Shown here piece after piece: positions 52,354 through 61,852 of a DNA stretch of 63,054 nt. The notes beneath the pieces were generated by a model, which did no database searches, had not been told where the DNA came from, and saw only the letters and a list, made by a program, of their open reading frames with translations. The position numbers were made by a program, and so were the translations under genes. The stretch is from Gammaproteobacteria bacterium RIFCSPLOWO2_12_47_11 (GTDB lineage Bacteria > Pseudomonadota > Gammaproteobacteria > Eutrophobiales > Eutrophobiaceae): contig MGYU01000040.1 of assembly GCA_001801885.1 (NCBI GenBank), positions 1 to 63,054 on the forward strand. The letters run 5' to 3'. Every line of letters starts with the position of its first letter. Positions within the stretch are counted from its first letter, which is position 1.

Positions 52354-52862
52354 ATGACCTTCGCGGTTTATGGTTTAGACGGTCTGGGCAAGCCTGGAAC
52401 AGGGATTATGGTCAAGCCAAGCCAGGCGATTTAATGGCAATCACTGGTGTTAATCGATACAGGAATAGCGACAGTCACGGTAACCATCGGGGTTTCGTTT
52501 TATTTAATCGGCCTGACTTTGATTTTGCCCTTCTCCGGGATAGAGATATTTGTGCCTTGAGCAGCCCCTTTATCTTACGGTCCGGCGTGGGTCGTGGGGG
52601 TGTACAGGAAGTCATATTTATCAACAGGGTGACAATAGTAATTGAGCGTGGAAGGCAACATCCGGAGAGCAGGGAAACATTTCAGCGCGCCTGGGCAAGA
52701 GTTGTATTAGAGCGATTCTAGAATAGCTGGTATCCTAGCCGGCTGCTGATACGCTCATACGGGCGGCAACTGTTGGACGGGAAGTTTCTGAATGAGCAGG
52801 AGCGTCAAGGGCCCATAATGAAATTGAGTAAGGTTCTGAAGAATAATCAAGCATTAAATTGA
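52354..52862 (+). pseudogene. Degraded DUF2244-like membrane protein gene upstream of coxB
   Basis: Family-like sequence is spread over two frames and interrupted. It starts with ..IMVKPSQAI, hits a TAA (~52432), and continues WQSLVLIDTGIATVTVTIGVSFYLIGLTLILPFSGIEIF. After a frameshift (~52548) it reads ..VQEVIFINRVTIVIERG..FQRAWARVVLERF, hits a TAG (52719), and ends NSWYPSRLLIRSYGRQLLDGKFLNEQER.. at the TGA at 52862. Confidence 0.45.
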
Positions 52863-52899
52863 TAAAAATCATTAATAAATTTTTGCCGAGGAAAGCTGC

Positions 52900-54042
52900 A
52901 TGTTTTTCAAAAAGCTAAAAGAGTGCTTAACGGGGATTACGGCGCTGTGGTTGATGGCCTGGACCGGTGCAGTACACGCTGAGTGGGGGCTAAACTTGAC
53001 CCGGGGCGTTACGCCCATCAGCCACGAGGTCTATGATCTGCATATGCTGATACTGTGGGTTGTGACTATTATCGGCATCGGTGTGTTCTCCGTGATGTTC
53101 TGGTCCATATTGCATCATCGCAAATCAAAAGGGGCTGTATCCGCAAAGTTTCACCACAGCACAACTGCAGAAATTGTCTGGACGATAATCCCGATACTGA
53201 TTCTTGTGGGCATGGCCATCCCGGCTACCAAGACACTCATCAAGATGGAGCAGACCGGCGATGCTGACATGACCATCAAAGTCACCGGTTATCAATGGAA
53301 ATGGAAATACGATTATATGGACGATGGACTCAGTTTCTTCAGTGTACTCGCACAAGACAGCAATGACGCACGGCAGCCTGGGTCCAACATCGACCTTAAC
53401 AGCATTGATCATTATTTATTGGATGTTGATCAGCCCATTGTATTGCCCATAAATAAAAAGATCAGGATTCTGACCACAGCGAATGATGTTATCCATGCCT
53501 GGTGGGTGCCTGCTCTTGGCTGGAAGCGCGATGCGATTCCCGGGTTCATTAATGATAACTGGATCATCATCGAAGAGCCGGGCACATACCGCGGTCAATG
53601 TGCTGAATTATGCGGCAAGGATCATGGCTTCATGCCGATTGTAGTCAAGGCGGTTCCGGAAGAAGAATATGTTGCCTGGGTTAAAAAAATGAAAATGGCC
53701 AAAGCAGCAGCAGCAGCCAGTGGCGACAGAGATTTTTCCAAAGATGAACTAATGGCAAGCGGCAAGGAGCTGTATTCTAAAAACTGTGCTGTCTGTCACA
53801 TGGCCGAAGGTCAGGGTATTCCAGGAACGTTCCCTGCCCTGGCCGGCAGTGCTATTGCTACCACACCGGAAGGTTTGCCCGATCATATTGACCGCATTCT
53901 TCATGGAAAAAATCTGATGCCGCCATTCGGTGAACAGTTATCTGATGCAGATATCGCAGCAGTAGTCACATATGAGCGTAATGCCTGGGGCAATGACACA
54001 GGCGATGTGGTGCAACCAAAAGATATCAAGGCAGCACGCTAA
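52900..54042 (+). CDS. coxB: Cytochrome c oxidase subunit II with a fused C-terminal cytochrome c domain
   Basis: 380 aa. CuA site HAWWVP..CAELCGKDHGFM and heme c motif CAVCHM. Confidence 0.94.
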   Translation: MFFKKLKECLTGITALWLMAWTGAVHAEWGLNLTRGVTPISHEVYDLHMLILWVVTIIGIGVFSVMFWSILHHRKSKGAVSAKFHHSTTAEIVWTIIPILILVGMAIPATKTLIKMEQTGDADMTIKVTGYQWKWKYDYMDDGLSFFSVLAQDSNDARQPGSNIDLNSIDHYLLDVDQPIVLPINKKIRILTTANDVIHAWWVPALGWKRDAIPGFINDNWIIIEEPGTYRGQCAELCGKDHGFMPIVVKAVPEEEYVAWVKKMKMAKAAAAASGDRDFSKDELMASGKELYSKNCAVCHMAEGQGIPGTFPALAGSAIATTPEGLPDHIDRILHGKNLMPPFGEQLSDADIAAVVTYERNAWGNDTGDVVQPKDIKAAR

Positions 54043-54089
54043 GCGGAACTATTAGTCAAGAATATTGAGATAAGTAAGAGGATAGACAC

Positions 54090-55691
54090 ATGAGCGAAGC
54101 AGTCATCCACAACGGTCATCACGACCATCACGATCACAAGCCCTACGGCATAGGCCGCTGGCTGTTCTCCACCAACCACAAGGACATAGGCACCATGTAT
54201 CTGGTGTTTGCACTGATTATGTTTTTTGTTGGTGGCGCCATGGCCATGGTTATTCGCGCTGAACTGTTTCAGCCCGGCCTGCAATTTGTGAATCCGCTAT
54301 TTTTTAATTCCATGACCACGATACATGCATTGGTCATGATCTTCGGCGCGGTAATGCCGGCCGGTGTGGGCCTTGCCAACTGGATGATCCCGATGATGAT
54401 CGGTTCGCCTGATATGGCGTTGCCGCGTTTGAATAATATGAGCTTCTGGATCCTGCCATTTGCCTTTACACTTTTGTTATCAACATTTTTTATGCCGGGC
54501 GGTGCGCCTGCAGGTGGCTGGACCATGTACCCGCCGCTGGTTTTACAATTGGGCGACGGTTTTCCCTTCTTAATCTTTGCTATTCACTTTCTGGGTATTT
54601 CATCCATTCTGGGCGCAATTAATATTATTGCTACAGTATTTAATATGCGTGCCCCGGGGATGACCTTCATGAAGCTGCCCCTGTTCGTATGGACCTGGAT
54701 CATTACAGCATTTTTATTGATTGCGACCATGCCGGTGCTGGCTGGTTCTGTTACGATGTTATTAACGGATAAATTCTTTGGTACCAGCTTTTTCAGTGCA
54801 GCCGGTGGTGGTGACCCGGTAATGTTCCAGCATGTCTTCTGGTTTTTTGGCCACCCCGAGGTATATATCCTGATATTGCCGGCCTTTGGTATTGTATCCC
54901 AGATTATCCCGGCCTTTGCCCGCAAGCCCTTGTTCGGATATGAATCCATGGTCTATGCAACCGCATCGATCGCATTCCTGTCGTTTTTTGTCTGGGCGCA
55001 CCATATGTTTACCGTCGGCATGCCGTTGACCGGTGAATTATTTTTCATGTATGCCACCATGTCGATTGCGGTGCCAACCGGTGTAAAGATCTTTAACTGG
55101 GTTGCTACGATGTGGAAAGGCTCGATGACCTTTGAAACGCCCATGTTGTTTGCCGTTTCTTTTGTCGTCCTGTTTTCAATCGGTGGTTTTACTGGGCTGA
55201 TGATGGGCATAACTCCGGTAGACTTCCAGTATCACGATACTTATTTTATCGTTGCCCATTTTCATTATGTGTTGGTTCCTGGGGCGATATTTGCTCTGAT
55301 GGCAGGAGTGTACTTCTGGTTGCCGAAATGGACCGGACACATGTATGACGAAAGATTAGGCAAGATTCATTTCTGGTTATCAGCTATTTTTGTCAATATG
55401 TTGTTTTTTCCACAGCACTTTCTGGGGCTGGCAGGTATGCCGCGACGTATCCCGGACTACAATGTGCAGTTTACCGAATGGAATATGGTTTCAAGTATTG
55501 GCGGCTTTGCTTTTGGTTTGAGCCAGTTAATACTGGTCTGGGTGGTGATCAAATGCGTTCGCGGCGGTCAAAAAGCGACCGATCAGGTTTGGGAAGGTGC
55601 TCATGGTCTGGAGTGGACGCTACCCTCACCGCCGCCATTTCATAGTTTTACGACACCACCGCAAGTAACAGACGCAACGGCCCATTCATAG
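54090..55691 (+). CDS. coxA: Cytochrome c oxidase subunit I
   Basis: 533 aa, 12 TM. WFFGHPEVYILILP and HHMF signatures. Confidence 0.97.
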   Translation: MSEAVIHNGHHDHHDHKPYGIGRWLFSTNHKDIGTMYLVFALIMFFVGGAMAMVIRAELFQPGLQFVNPLFFNSMTTIHALVMIFGAVMPAGVGLANWMIPMMIGSPDMALPRLNNMSFWILPFAFTLLLSTFFMPGGAPAGGWTMYPPLVLQLGDGFPFLIFAIHFLGISSILGAINIIATVFNMRAPGMTFMKLPLFVWTWIITAFLLIATMPVLAGSVTMLLTDKFFGTSFFSAAGGGDPVMFQHVFWFFGHPEVYILILPAFGIVSQIIPAFARKPLFGYESMVYATASIAFLSFFVWAHHMFTVGMPLTGELFFMYATMSIAVPTGVKIFNWVATMWKGSMTFETPMLFAVSFVVLFSIGGFTGLMMGITPVDFQYHDTYFIVAHFHYVLVPGAIFALMAGVYFWLPKWTGHMYDERLGKIHFWLSAIFVNMLFFPQHFLGLAGMPRRIPDYNVQFTEWNMVSSIGGFAFGLSQLILVWVVIKCVRGGQKATDQVWEGAHGLEWTLPSPPPFHSFTTPPQVTDATAHS

Positions 55692-55697
55692 ACTGAT

Positions 55698-55835
55698 ATG
55701 AATACAGGCGCACGCAAAGAGGGATCAGAGACAGACAGGAAACTGGCCGCCAAAAACATGCGGCTGGCTATAATCCTGGGGCTGGTCGCGGCAGGAATTT
55801 ATGTAGGCTATATTCTGCTGATGTACTGGAAATAA
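55698..55835 (+). CDS. Small single-TM protein (cytochrome oxidase small assembly protein-like)
   Basis: Below the track cutoff. My translation is MNTGARKEGSETDRKLAAKNMRLAIILGLVAAGIYVGYILLMYWK (45 aa): a basic N-terminus plus one TM, in the conserved slot between coxA and cox11. Confidence 0.5.
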   Translation: MNTGARKEGSETDRKLAAKNMRLAIILGLVAAGIYVGYILLMYWK

Positions 55836-55854
55836 CATCAAACACTGAACTGTT

Positions 55855-56409
55855 ATGCGTACTGAAACAAAATTGACAATACTGGCCATTGCAATGTTTG
55901 GTTTTGGTTATGCACTGGTTCCTTTATATGATGTGTTTTGTGAAATCACCGGCCTGAATGGGAAAACCGGCACAATTGCCAATACAGAAGCAGCGCAACT
56001 TGAAGTTGATCAAGAGAGACTGGTAACTGTTGAGTTTGATACGAATGTGAATAGCGAACTGCCCTGGTCGTTTCTTGCACAGGCACATAAAATGAAAGTT
56101 CATCCCGGGGAACTGACTGATGCCGTTTTCGTTATTGAAAATAATTCAGATCAGCCCGTAGTAGCACAAGCGGTTCCGAGCGTAGCACCGGCACAGGCCT
56201 CTTTGTTTTTCAATAAAACGGAGTGTTTTTGTTTCACCCAACAAATGCTGGCACCCAGGGAACGCAAGGAGATGACGGTCAGGTTTGTGGTTGACCCGGA
56301 ATTACCAAAAAAAATATCGACACTGACACTGTCATATACTTATTTTAAGGTGCCCGGATCGGACAGGGTTGTACTAGATCCGGGTGTTGTTGATGAAGAG
56401 CGTATTTAA
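55855..56409 (+). CDS. ctaG: Cytochrome c oxidase assembly protein CtaG/Cox11
   Basis: 184 aa. N-terminal TM and copper-binding CFCF motif (NKTECFCFTQQ). Confidence 0.92.
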   Translation: MRTETKLTILAIAMFGFGYALVPLYDVFCEITGLNGKTGTIANTEAAQLEVDQERLVTVEFDTNVNSELPWSFLAQAHKMKVHPGELTDAVFVIENNSDQPVVAQAVPSVAPAQASLFFNKTECFCFTQQMLAPRERKEMTVRFVVDPELPKKISTLTLSYTYFKVPGSDRVVLDPGVVDEERI

Positions 56410-56441
56410 TAATAAAACAATTGTAGATATGGGGAATAGTT

Positions 56442-57335
56442 ATGTCAGAATCGCATAGCGCATATTTTATACCGGAACCCAGTCGCTGGCCGATCGTGGG
56501 GACCCTTGCACTGTTTGTTTCATTTATTGGTGGAGCCATAATGCTGAATGGTTCCGGTTTCGGGACTTTTATTCTCGGCCTGGGTGCCGGCGCAATCATT
56601 TATTTATTTTCTGGCTGGTTTTCTGATGTGATTTGCGAAAGCATCAGGGGCAGCTATAACAGGCAGGTAGATACCAGTTTTCGCTGGGGAATGAGCTGGT
56701 TTATTTTTTCAGAAGTCATGTTTTTCGCCGCATTTTTCGGCGCATTGTTTTATGCGCGTATTTATTCCGTACCATGGATAGGTGGAGAAGGCGCCAAGCT
56801 TCCAACACACGAATTTCTTTGGCCGATGTTTGAAGCCATCTGGCCGTTGATGACGACCCCTGATGCAACCATTGAAGGTGGTACAACTGCGTATAACCAG
56901 ATAAAAGAAGTTATCCCGGCCTGGGGCGTTCCTGCCGTCAACACCCTGATATTGCTTTCCAGCGGTGTCACGGTCACGCTTGCACACTGGTCGTTGAAGA
57001 AAAACAATCGCAAAGGTTTGTGCTGGTGGTTATTTGCCACTGTGGTACTTGGCTTCCTGTTCGTTACACTGCAAGCTACTGAATATGCACATGCCTATCA
57101 CGAGCTGGGTCTGAAACTGAGTTCTGGTATCTATGGCTCGACGTTTTTCATGTTGACGGGGTTCCATGGGTTTCATGTGACGATGGGCGCAACGATGTTA
57201 ACAGTGATACTGGCGCGGTCGATCAAGGGACATTTTACCCATGAAAACCACTTTGCCTTTGAAGCTGTTGCCTGGTATTGGCACTTTGTTGACGTGGTCT
57301 GGTTGGGGTTGTTTATTTTCGTATACTGGTTATAA
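56442..57335 (+). CDS. coxC: Cytochrome c oxidase subunit III
   Basis: 297 aa, seven TM. FMLTGFHGFHV and WYWHFVDVVW signatures. Confidence 0.94.
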   Translation: MSESHSAYFIPEPSRWPIVGTLALFVSFIGGAIMLNGSGFGTFILGLGAGAIIYLFSGWFSDVICESIRGSYNRQVDTSFRWGMSWFIFSEVMFFAAFFGALFYARIYSVPWIGGEGAKLPTHEFLWPMFEAIWPLMTTPDATIEGGTTAYNQIKEVIPAWGVPAVNTLILLSSGVTVTLAHWSLKKNNRKGLCWWLFATVVLGFLFVTLQATEYAHAYHELGLKLSSGIYGSTFFMLTGFHGFHVTMGATMLTVILARSIKGHFTHENHFAFEAVAWYWHFVDVVWLGLFIFVYWL

Positions 57336-57354
57336 ACATAGGCCGTTTATTTTC

Positions 57355-57633
57355 TCAAGGGCGCTGCTCCAGTAGCGCCCTTTCTGTTTCAGGGATGTTA
57401 TTTTCTGGTTGCTTCGGATTGATACCGTGCGGCTGAATCCAGCCCATCCTGAAGCCTATAAACAAGAGGATAAATAAAGTAATCGAAAGCACTATTCTTA
57501 ATGTCAATGATTTAACCATACGATTTGATTGCCCCTTGTCCCGCACCAGGAATATCATGCCTGATGTTAAAGAAAACAGGATGATGATTAAGAGCAGGAC
57601 AATAACAATCTTGAATAAGAAAGCGGCACTCAT
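57355..57633 (-). CDS. Twin-TM small protein (DUF2909-like)
   Basis: 92 aa, two hydrophobic helices flanking FLVRDKGQSNRMVKSLTLR. Opposite-strand slot between coxC and SURF1. Confidence 0.6.
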   Translation of the reverse strand: MSAAFLFKIVIVLLLIIILFSLTSGMIFLVRDKGQSNRMVKSLTLRIVLSITLFILLFIGFRMGWIQPHGINPKQPENNIPETERALLEQRP

Positions 57634-57703
57634 AAAATGTGGTCACGTACTTGTTGCATATTAAAGCAGTATATCTGTTAATGAAATTTTCCGACATGGT
57701 TTA

Positions 57704-58450
57704 ATGGTTGTGCGTATTGGTCATTGGACATTTTCGCCGAAATTATGGTCAACTATGGTGACCATCCTGATTTTCCCGGTTTTCATTTCATTAGGTTTAT
57801 GGCAACTGGATCGTGCAGATCAGAAACGTGCGCTTCATGCGAATTATATAGAACGACAGGCAAGTGAAGTAATAAATTTAAACCAGGAAAAAATAATCAG
57901 AAACAGTACAGATGATATAATATGGCGAAAATTTCAGGCAGAGGGGAATTTTGATGAAACAGTTCAGATTCTGCTTGATGATCAGGTTATAAACAATCAG
58001 GCGGGTTATTTAGTATATACACCATTTAAGTTGTTGGATGAAAATATATGGTTTCTGGTGAATCGGGGATGGGTGCCGACAGGTAATGACAGAAATCTGT
58101 TGCCGGAATTAAACAAGACCAGTGTGCGGATAACTATCAGGGGAAGTGCCAATCATGTACCGTACACTGGTATCAGTTTGGGTAGTGCTATAGATGAGCA
58201 ATTAGCGCCCGGGTTTTATCGTTTGCGATCAATAAATATTGCACACATAAATGATATTGCCGGGGAGAAGTTAATGCCTTATGTATTAAATCTCGATTCG
58301 GAATCGCAACATGGATATGTACGGCAGTGGAGAATACCCGGTTCCGGAGAAAACGTTAACCTTGGTTATGCATTTCAATGGTTTGCTTTTGCAGCGACGT
58401 TATTGATTATTTACCTGGCAGTCAATACAAAAAAAATTGATGGTAATTAA
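57704..58450 (+). CDS. SURF1 family cytochrome oxidase biogenesis protein
   Basis: 248 aa. N- and C-terminal TM segments, GLWQLDRADQKR and NRGWVP motifs. Confidence 0.82.
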   Translation: MVVRIGHWTFSPKLWSTMVTILIFPVFISLGLWQLDRADQKRALHANYIERQASEVINLNQEKIIRNSTDDIIWRKFQAEGNFDETVQILLDDQVINNQAGYLVYTPFKLLDENIWFLVNRGWVPTGNDRNLLPELNKTSVRITIRGSANHVPYTGISLGSAIDEQLAPGFYRLRSINIAHINDIAGEKLMPYVLNLDSESQHGYVRQWRIPGSGENVNLGYAFQWFAFAATLLIIYLAVNTKKIDGN

Positions 58451-59066
58451 AACAATGGATGAAAAAAATATTAAATTGAATAATCGCCTGGTCATTACAG
58501 TAATAGTCCTGCTTTTCAGCGCCCCTCTTCTGGTTTCATGGCTATTGCTTAAATATACAGAAATTACAGAACTCAGCAGACAAACAAATCATGGGGATTT
58601 AATATCACCACCGCGACCCCTGCCAGATATAAAATTAATCGATCCCTTGTCAGATACGAATGATGGAAAATTACATGGCAAATGGAGCCTTTTTTATATT
58701 GTTGATGACTTTTGTAATCAGGTATGCCTGGATAATCTTTATCGCATGCGGCAAATTCACATGGCTGCAGGAAAATATTCGCTTCGCGTCCAGCGTGCCA
58801 TATTGATAACACATACCACCAGTGACGATCCTGCGCAGATTTTTAAAGACTATGCAGGTCAACGCTTGCTTAGTACGAATGGAATCAATATTGGTGAATT
58901 TTTGGAGAAATTCTATCTTAAAGATGAAGGACAGCCTGAGCAGAAACATCGTTTGTATATCATCGATCCTTTAGGAAATCTGATGATGAGTTATCCTCCT
59001 GATGCTGATCCAGGTGGCATTATCAAGGATCTGAACCAGTTGTTAAAAGCCTCGCATATTGGGTAA
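58437..59066 (+). CDS. Membrane-anchored hypothetical protein of the cox biogenesis cluster, CxxxC-containing (thioredoxin/SCO-like?)
   Basis: 209 aa with one N-terminal TM. GKWSLFYIVDDFCNQVCLDNLYRMRQIH carries C-x3-C. C-terminal YIIDPLGNLMMSY. Same slot as the uncharacterised gene between SURF1 and ctaA in Pseudomonas-type clusters. Confidence 0.5.
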   Translation: MMVIKTMDEKNIKLNNRLVITVIVLLFSAPLLVSWLLLKYTEITELSRQTNHGDLISPPRPLPDIKLIDPLSDTNDGKLHGKWSLFYIVDDFCNQVCLDNLYRMRQIHMAAGKYSLRVQRAILITHTTSDDPAQIFKDYAGQRLLSTNGINIGEFLEKFYLKDEGQPEQKHRLYIIDPLGNLMMSYPPDADPGGIIKDLNQLLKASHIG

Positions 59067-59115
59067 CAGTTAATCGGTATCAACAGTTTTCCAATAGAAT
59101 TTTGGTATATTAATA

Positions 59116-60126
59116 ATGATGCAGTCTGATAAAAAAATATTAATTACTGTAAAGGCAACGACAGTGCTTGCTTTTATTGTTGTGGTATTGGGCGCCTATG
59201 TGCGTTTGTCTGATGCTGGTTTGGGTTGCCCGGACTGGCCCGGTTGTTATGGAAAAATGATCGTGCCATTTGAAGTGTCGCATGTGCAGGACATTTATCC
59301 CGAACGCCCTCTTGAGCATGGCAAGGCATGGAAGGAAATGTTCCATCGTTATGCAGCGGGGATCCTCGGCTTGCTGGTTTTAATGCTTGCAGTCTTTTCA
59401 TGGCAACAGAGAAAACAGCCCGGCCAGCCGCTGGCCGTACCATCACTGCTGGTGTTGCTTCTGATTTTTCAGGCCTTGCTGGGTATGTGGACGGTCACAT
59501 TATTACTAAAACCGGTCATCGTCATGGGACATTTAGTGGGCGGCATGACGATACTGTCTCTGCTGTTGTGGATGACATTGGAACTTGGCAAAGAACCGCA
59601 GAAGGTCGACCTGAACAACGGGCGTCTTTATCCCTGGGCAATAACCGGGTTGATTGTGATGATTATCCAGATTTCTCTGGGCGGCTGGACAAGTGCGAAT
59701 TATGCTGCATTGGTTTGCCCGGATTTTCCCAAATGTCAGGGCGTATGGTGGCCGGTAATGGATTTTAAGGAAGGCTTCGTGTTTTGGCGTGGACTGGGGA
59801 TAGATTACGAGGGCGGAATTCTGCACGGTAATGCACGTACTGCCATCCATATGGCCCATCGTATCGGTGCAGCATTTACTGTGCTGATAGTCAGCATTGT
59901 GGCTATACGTGCTATAAGTGACAGTAATAAAAGGACGGCCGGTTTAGGGACTGTGATTTTATTGGTCCTGATCACACAGGTTGGTCTGGGAATCGCCAAT
60001 GTACTGATGCGTTTACCCTTGCCACTTGCAGTGGCGCATAATGGCGTTGCGGCGTTATTATTGTTGTCCCTGGTGGCCCTGTTACACCAGTCGGTAATAC
60101 CCGTAATAAAGCGGAGAATGTATTGA
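59116..60126 (+). CDS. ctaA: Heme A synthase (COX15/CtaA)
   Basis: 336 aa, eight TM. GLGCPDWPGCYG and His-containing helices (HRYAA, HMAHR). Confidence 0.87.
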   Translation: MMQSDKKILITVKATTVLAFIVVVLGAYVRLSDAGLGCPDWPGCYGKMIVPFEVSHVQDIYPERPLEHGKAWKEMFHRYAAGILGLLVLMLAVFSWQQRKQPGQPLAVPSLLVLLLIFQALLGMWTVTLLLKPVIVMGHLVGGMTILSLLLWMTLELGKEPQKVDLNNGRLYPWAITGLIVMIIQISLGGWTSANYAALVCPDFPKCQGVWWPVMDFKEGFVFWRGLGIDYEGGILHGNARTAIHMAHRIGAAFTVLIVSIVAIRAISDSNKRTAGLGTVILLVLITQVGLGIANVLMRLPLPLAVAHNGVAALLLLSLVALLHQSVIPVIKRRMY

Positions 60127-61040
60127 ATAATCAATTGACCAGGATCGGGAGTTTGTCACACTGGCGTGATTATATTGCTCTGTGTAAGCCCAAGATTGTC
60201 TCGTTGATTGTATTTACCGCCGTCGTGGGCATGTTTTTATCTACGACCGGTATGGTGCCGTTTTCCGTGCTGATCTTTGGCACGCTGGGTATCGGTCTGG
60301 CGGCTGCTTCTGCTGCCGCAATCAACCATGTTGTTGATTACAAGATAGACTCGGTCATGGCACGCACCATGCGCCGCCCATTGCCCAAAGGCAATATCAG
60401 TATTCAGGGCGCCATATTATTTGCCTTCCTGCTGGGCGCGCTGGGCATGGTGATTCTGACATATTTTGTGAATGTCCTGACCGCCGTGTTAACGGCACTT
60501 TCGCTGATTGGTTACGGTTTTATTTACTCCATGTTCCTGAAACGCGCCACGCCACTGAATATTGTGATCGGTGGTGCAGCCGGCGCTGCTCCACCAGTGC
60601 TGGGCTGGACAGCAGTGACGGGTACTCTGGAACCAAATTCATTGTTATTATTCCTGATTATCTTTGCGTGGACGCCGCCACACTTCTGGGCATTGGCTAT
60701 CTACCGCTGTAATGATTACGCCAGCGTGGACATTCCAATGTTGCCGGTCACGCATGGTGTGGAATATACCCGATTGCACATCCTGCTCTACACTATCGTG
60801 CTTTTCATAATCACATTGTTACCCTATATCACCTACATGAGCGGACTGGTCTATTTGTCCGGTGCTGTTCTGCTCGGCAGCGGATTTCTTTATCGTGCAA
60901 TCAGGATGCAGTTCGATCACAGCGACAGGCTGGCAATGAAAACATTTTCCTACTCGATTTTTTATCTGATGACATTGTTTGTTTTCCTGCTGGTTGATCA
61001 TTATGTGCCGATTATTACTGCTGTGTTTATAAGCAGGTAA
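60123..61040 (+). CDS. cyoE: Protoheme IX farnesyltransferase (heme O synthase)
   Basis: 305 aa UbiA-family protein. NHVVDYKIDSVMARTMRRPLP and WTPPHFWALA motifs. Confidence 0.94.
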   Translation: MNNQLTRIGSLSHWRDYIALCKPKIVSLIVFTAVVGMFLSTTGMVPFSVLIFGTLGIGLAAASAAAINHVVDYKIDSVMARTMRRPLPKGNISIQGAILFAFLLGALGMVILTYFVNVLTAVLTALSLIGYGFIYSMFLKRATPLNIVIGGAAGAAPPVLGWTAVTGTLEPNSLLLFLIIFAWTPPHFWALAIYRCNDYASVDIPMLPVTHGVEYTRLHILLYTIVLFIITLLPYITYMSGLVYLSGAVLLGSGFLYRAIRMQFDHSDRLAMKTFSYSIFYLMTLFVFLLVDHYVPIITAVFISR

Positions 61041-61068
61041 TTTATCCAGGCAGGAACAATGTCTGTTT

Positions 61069-61788
61069 ATGAAAATCAGATTGGCAAACACTGAAATATC
61101 CGCCTGGCTATGGCTGGGTTTCCCCTTGCTGTTCCTGGCATTCATCGTGTCAGTAGTTCTGTATGACTATGAACTTGGCAGTAATATGGTTGCTGAAGAA
61201 AATAATCTGGTTGAGCTTGGCACGGTGATAGTATTAATACCGGGGATCGCAACGGGTATTTTATGTTTTCGGCTGAGGCATTTGATTTTAAGCCGCAGAC
61301 TCATTGCCTGGATCATGCTGGTGACGGCGGCCGGTGTTTATATTGCCGGGGAAGAACTCAGCTGGGGTCAGCAGTTGTTCAATTGGGAAACCCCTGAGAA
61401 GATACAGGCTATCAATGATCAGAATGAAACCAACCTCCATAACATCTCAAGCTGGCTTGATCAAAAACCAAGACTGCTGGTGGAACTATGGGTTTTAGTC
61501 GGGGGTATCGTGTTGCCGTTATGGCGGTATTCCAGACGGATCAGCTATTCTCCGGATAGTTGGCGATACTGGTTCTGGCCTGACCATGTTTGCCTGCCTG
61601 CCGCGACCCTGGCAATTCTGGTGAAAGTCCCGGAAAGGCTGAGAGATAATTTTGATTACAGATTGTTTGAACATAATGTACGTTACAGTGAACTTCAGGA
61701 ATTTTATATTGCATTATTCCTGTCTATGTATCTTTATTCTTTCTATATACGATTAAAGAAAATAAATCTGGCAGATAAAAGCGGGTAG
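61069..61788 (+). CDS. Hypothetical polytopic membrane protein
   Basis: 239 aa, about 5-6 hydrophobic segments, with an AGEELSWGQQLFNW motif. No family that I can name. Confidence 0.5.
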   Translation: MKIRLANTEISAWLWLGFPLLFLAFIVSVVLYDYELGSNMVAEENNLVELGTVIVLIPGIATGILCFRLRHLILSRRLIAWIMLVTAAGVYIAGEELSWGQQLFNWETPEKIQAINDQNETNLHNISSWLDQKPRLLVELWVLVGGIVLPLWRYSRRISYSPDSWRYWFWPDHVCLPAATLAILVKVPERLRDNFDYRLFEHNVRYSELQEFYIALFLSMYLYSFYIRLKKINLADKSG

Positions 61789-61852
61789 GTATTAAGCCAT
61801 TCTTTTCTCTCTCTTCCTTTGCTTCACTTGGCTATTCAGAGGGTATTTAATA

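Noticed and set aside
52434-52721. The 95-aa track ORF between bioD and coxB, considered as a genuine small gene.
   Set aside because: Only its C-terminal half resembles anything (a DUF2244-like tail). The N-terminal half is the out-of-frame reading of two TM helices that are visible in the adjacent frame. It is better explained as part of a disrupted pseudogene.
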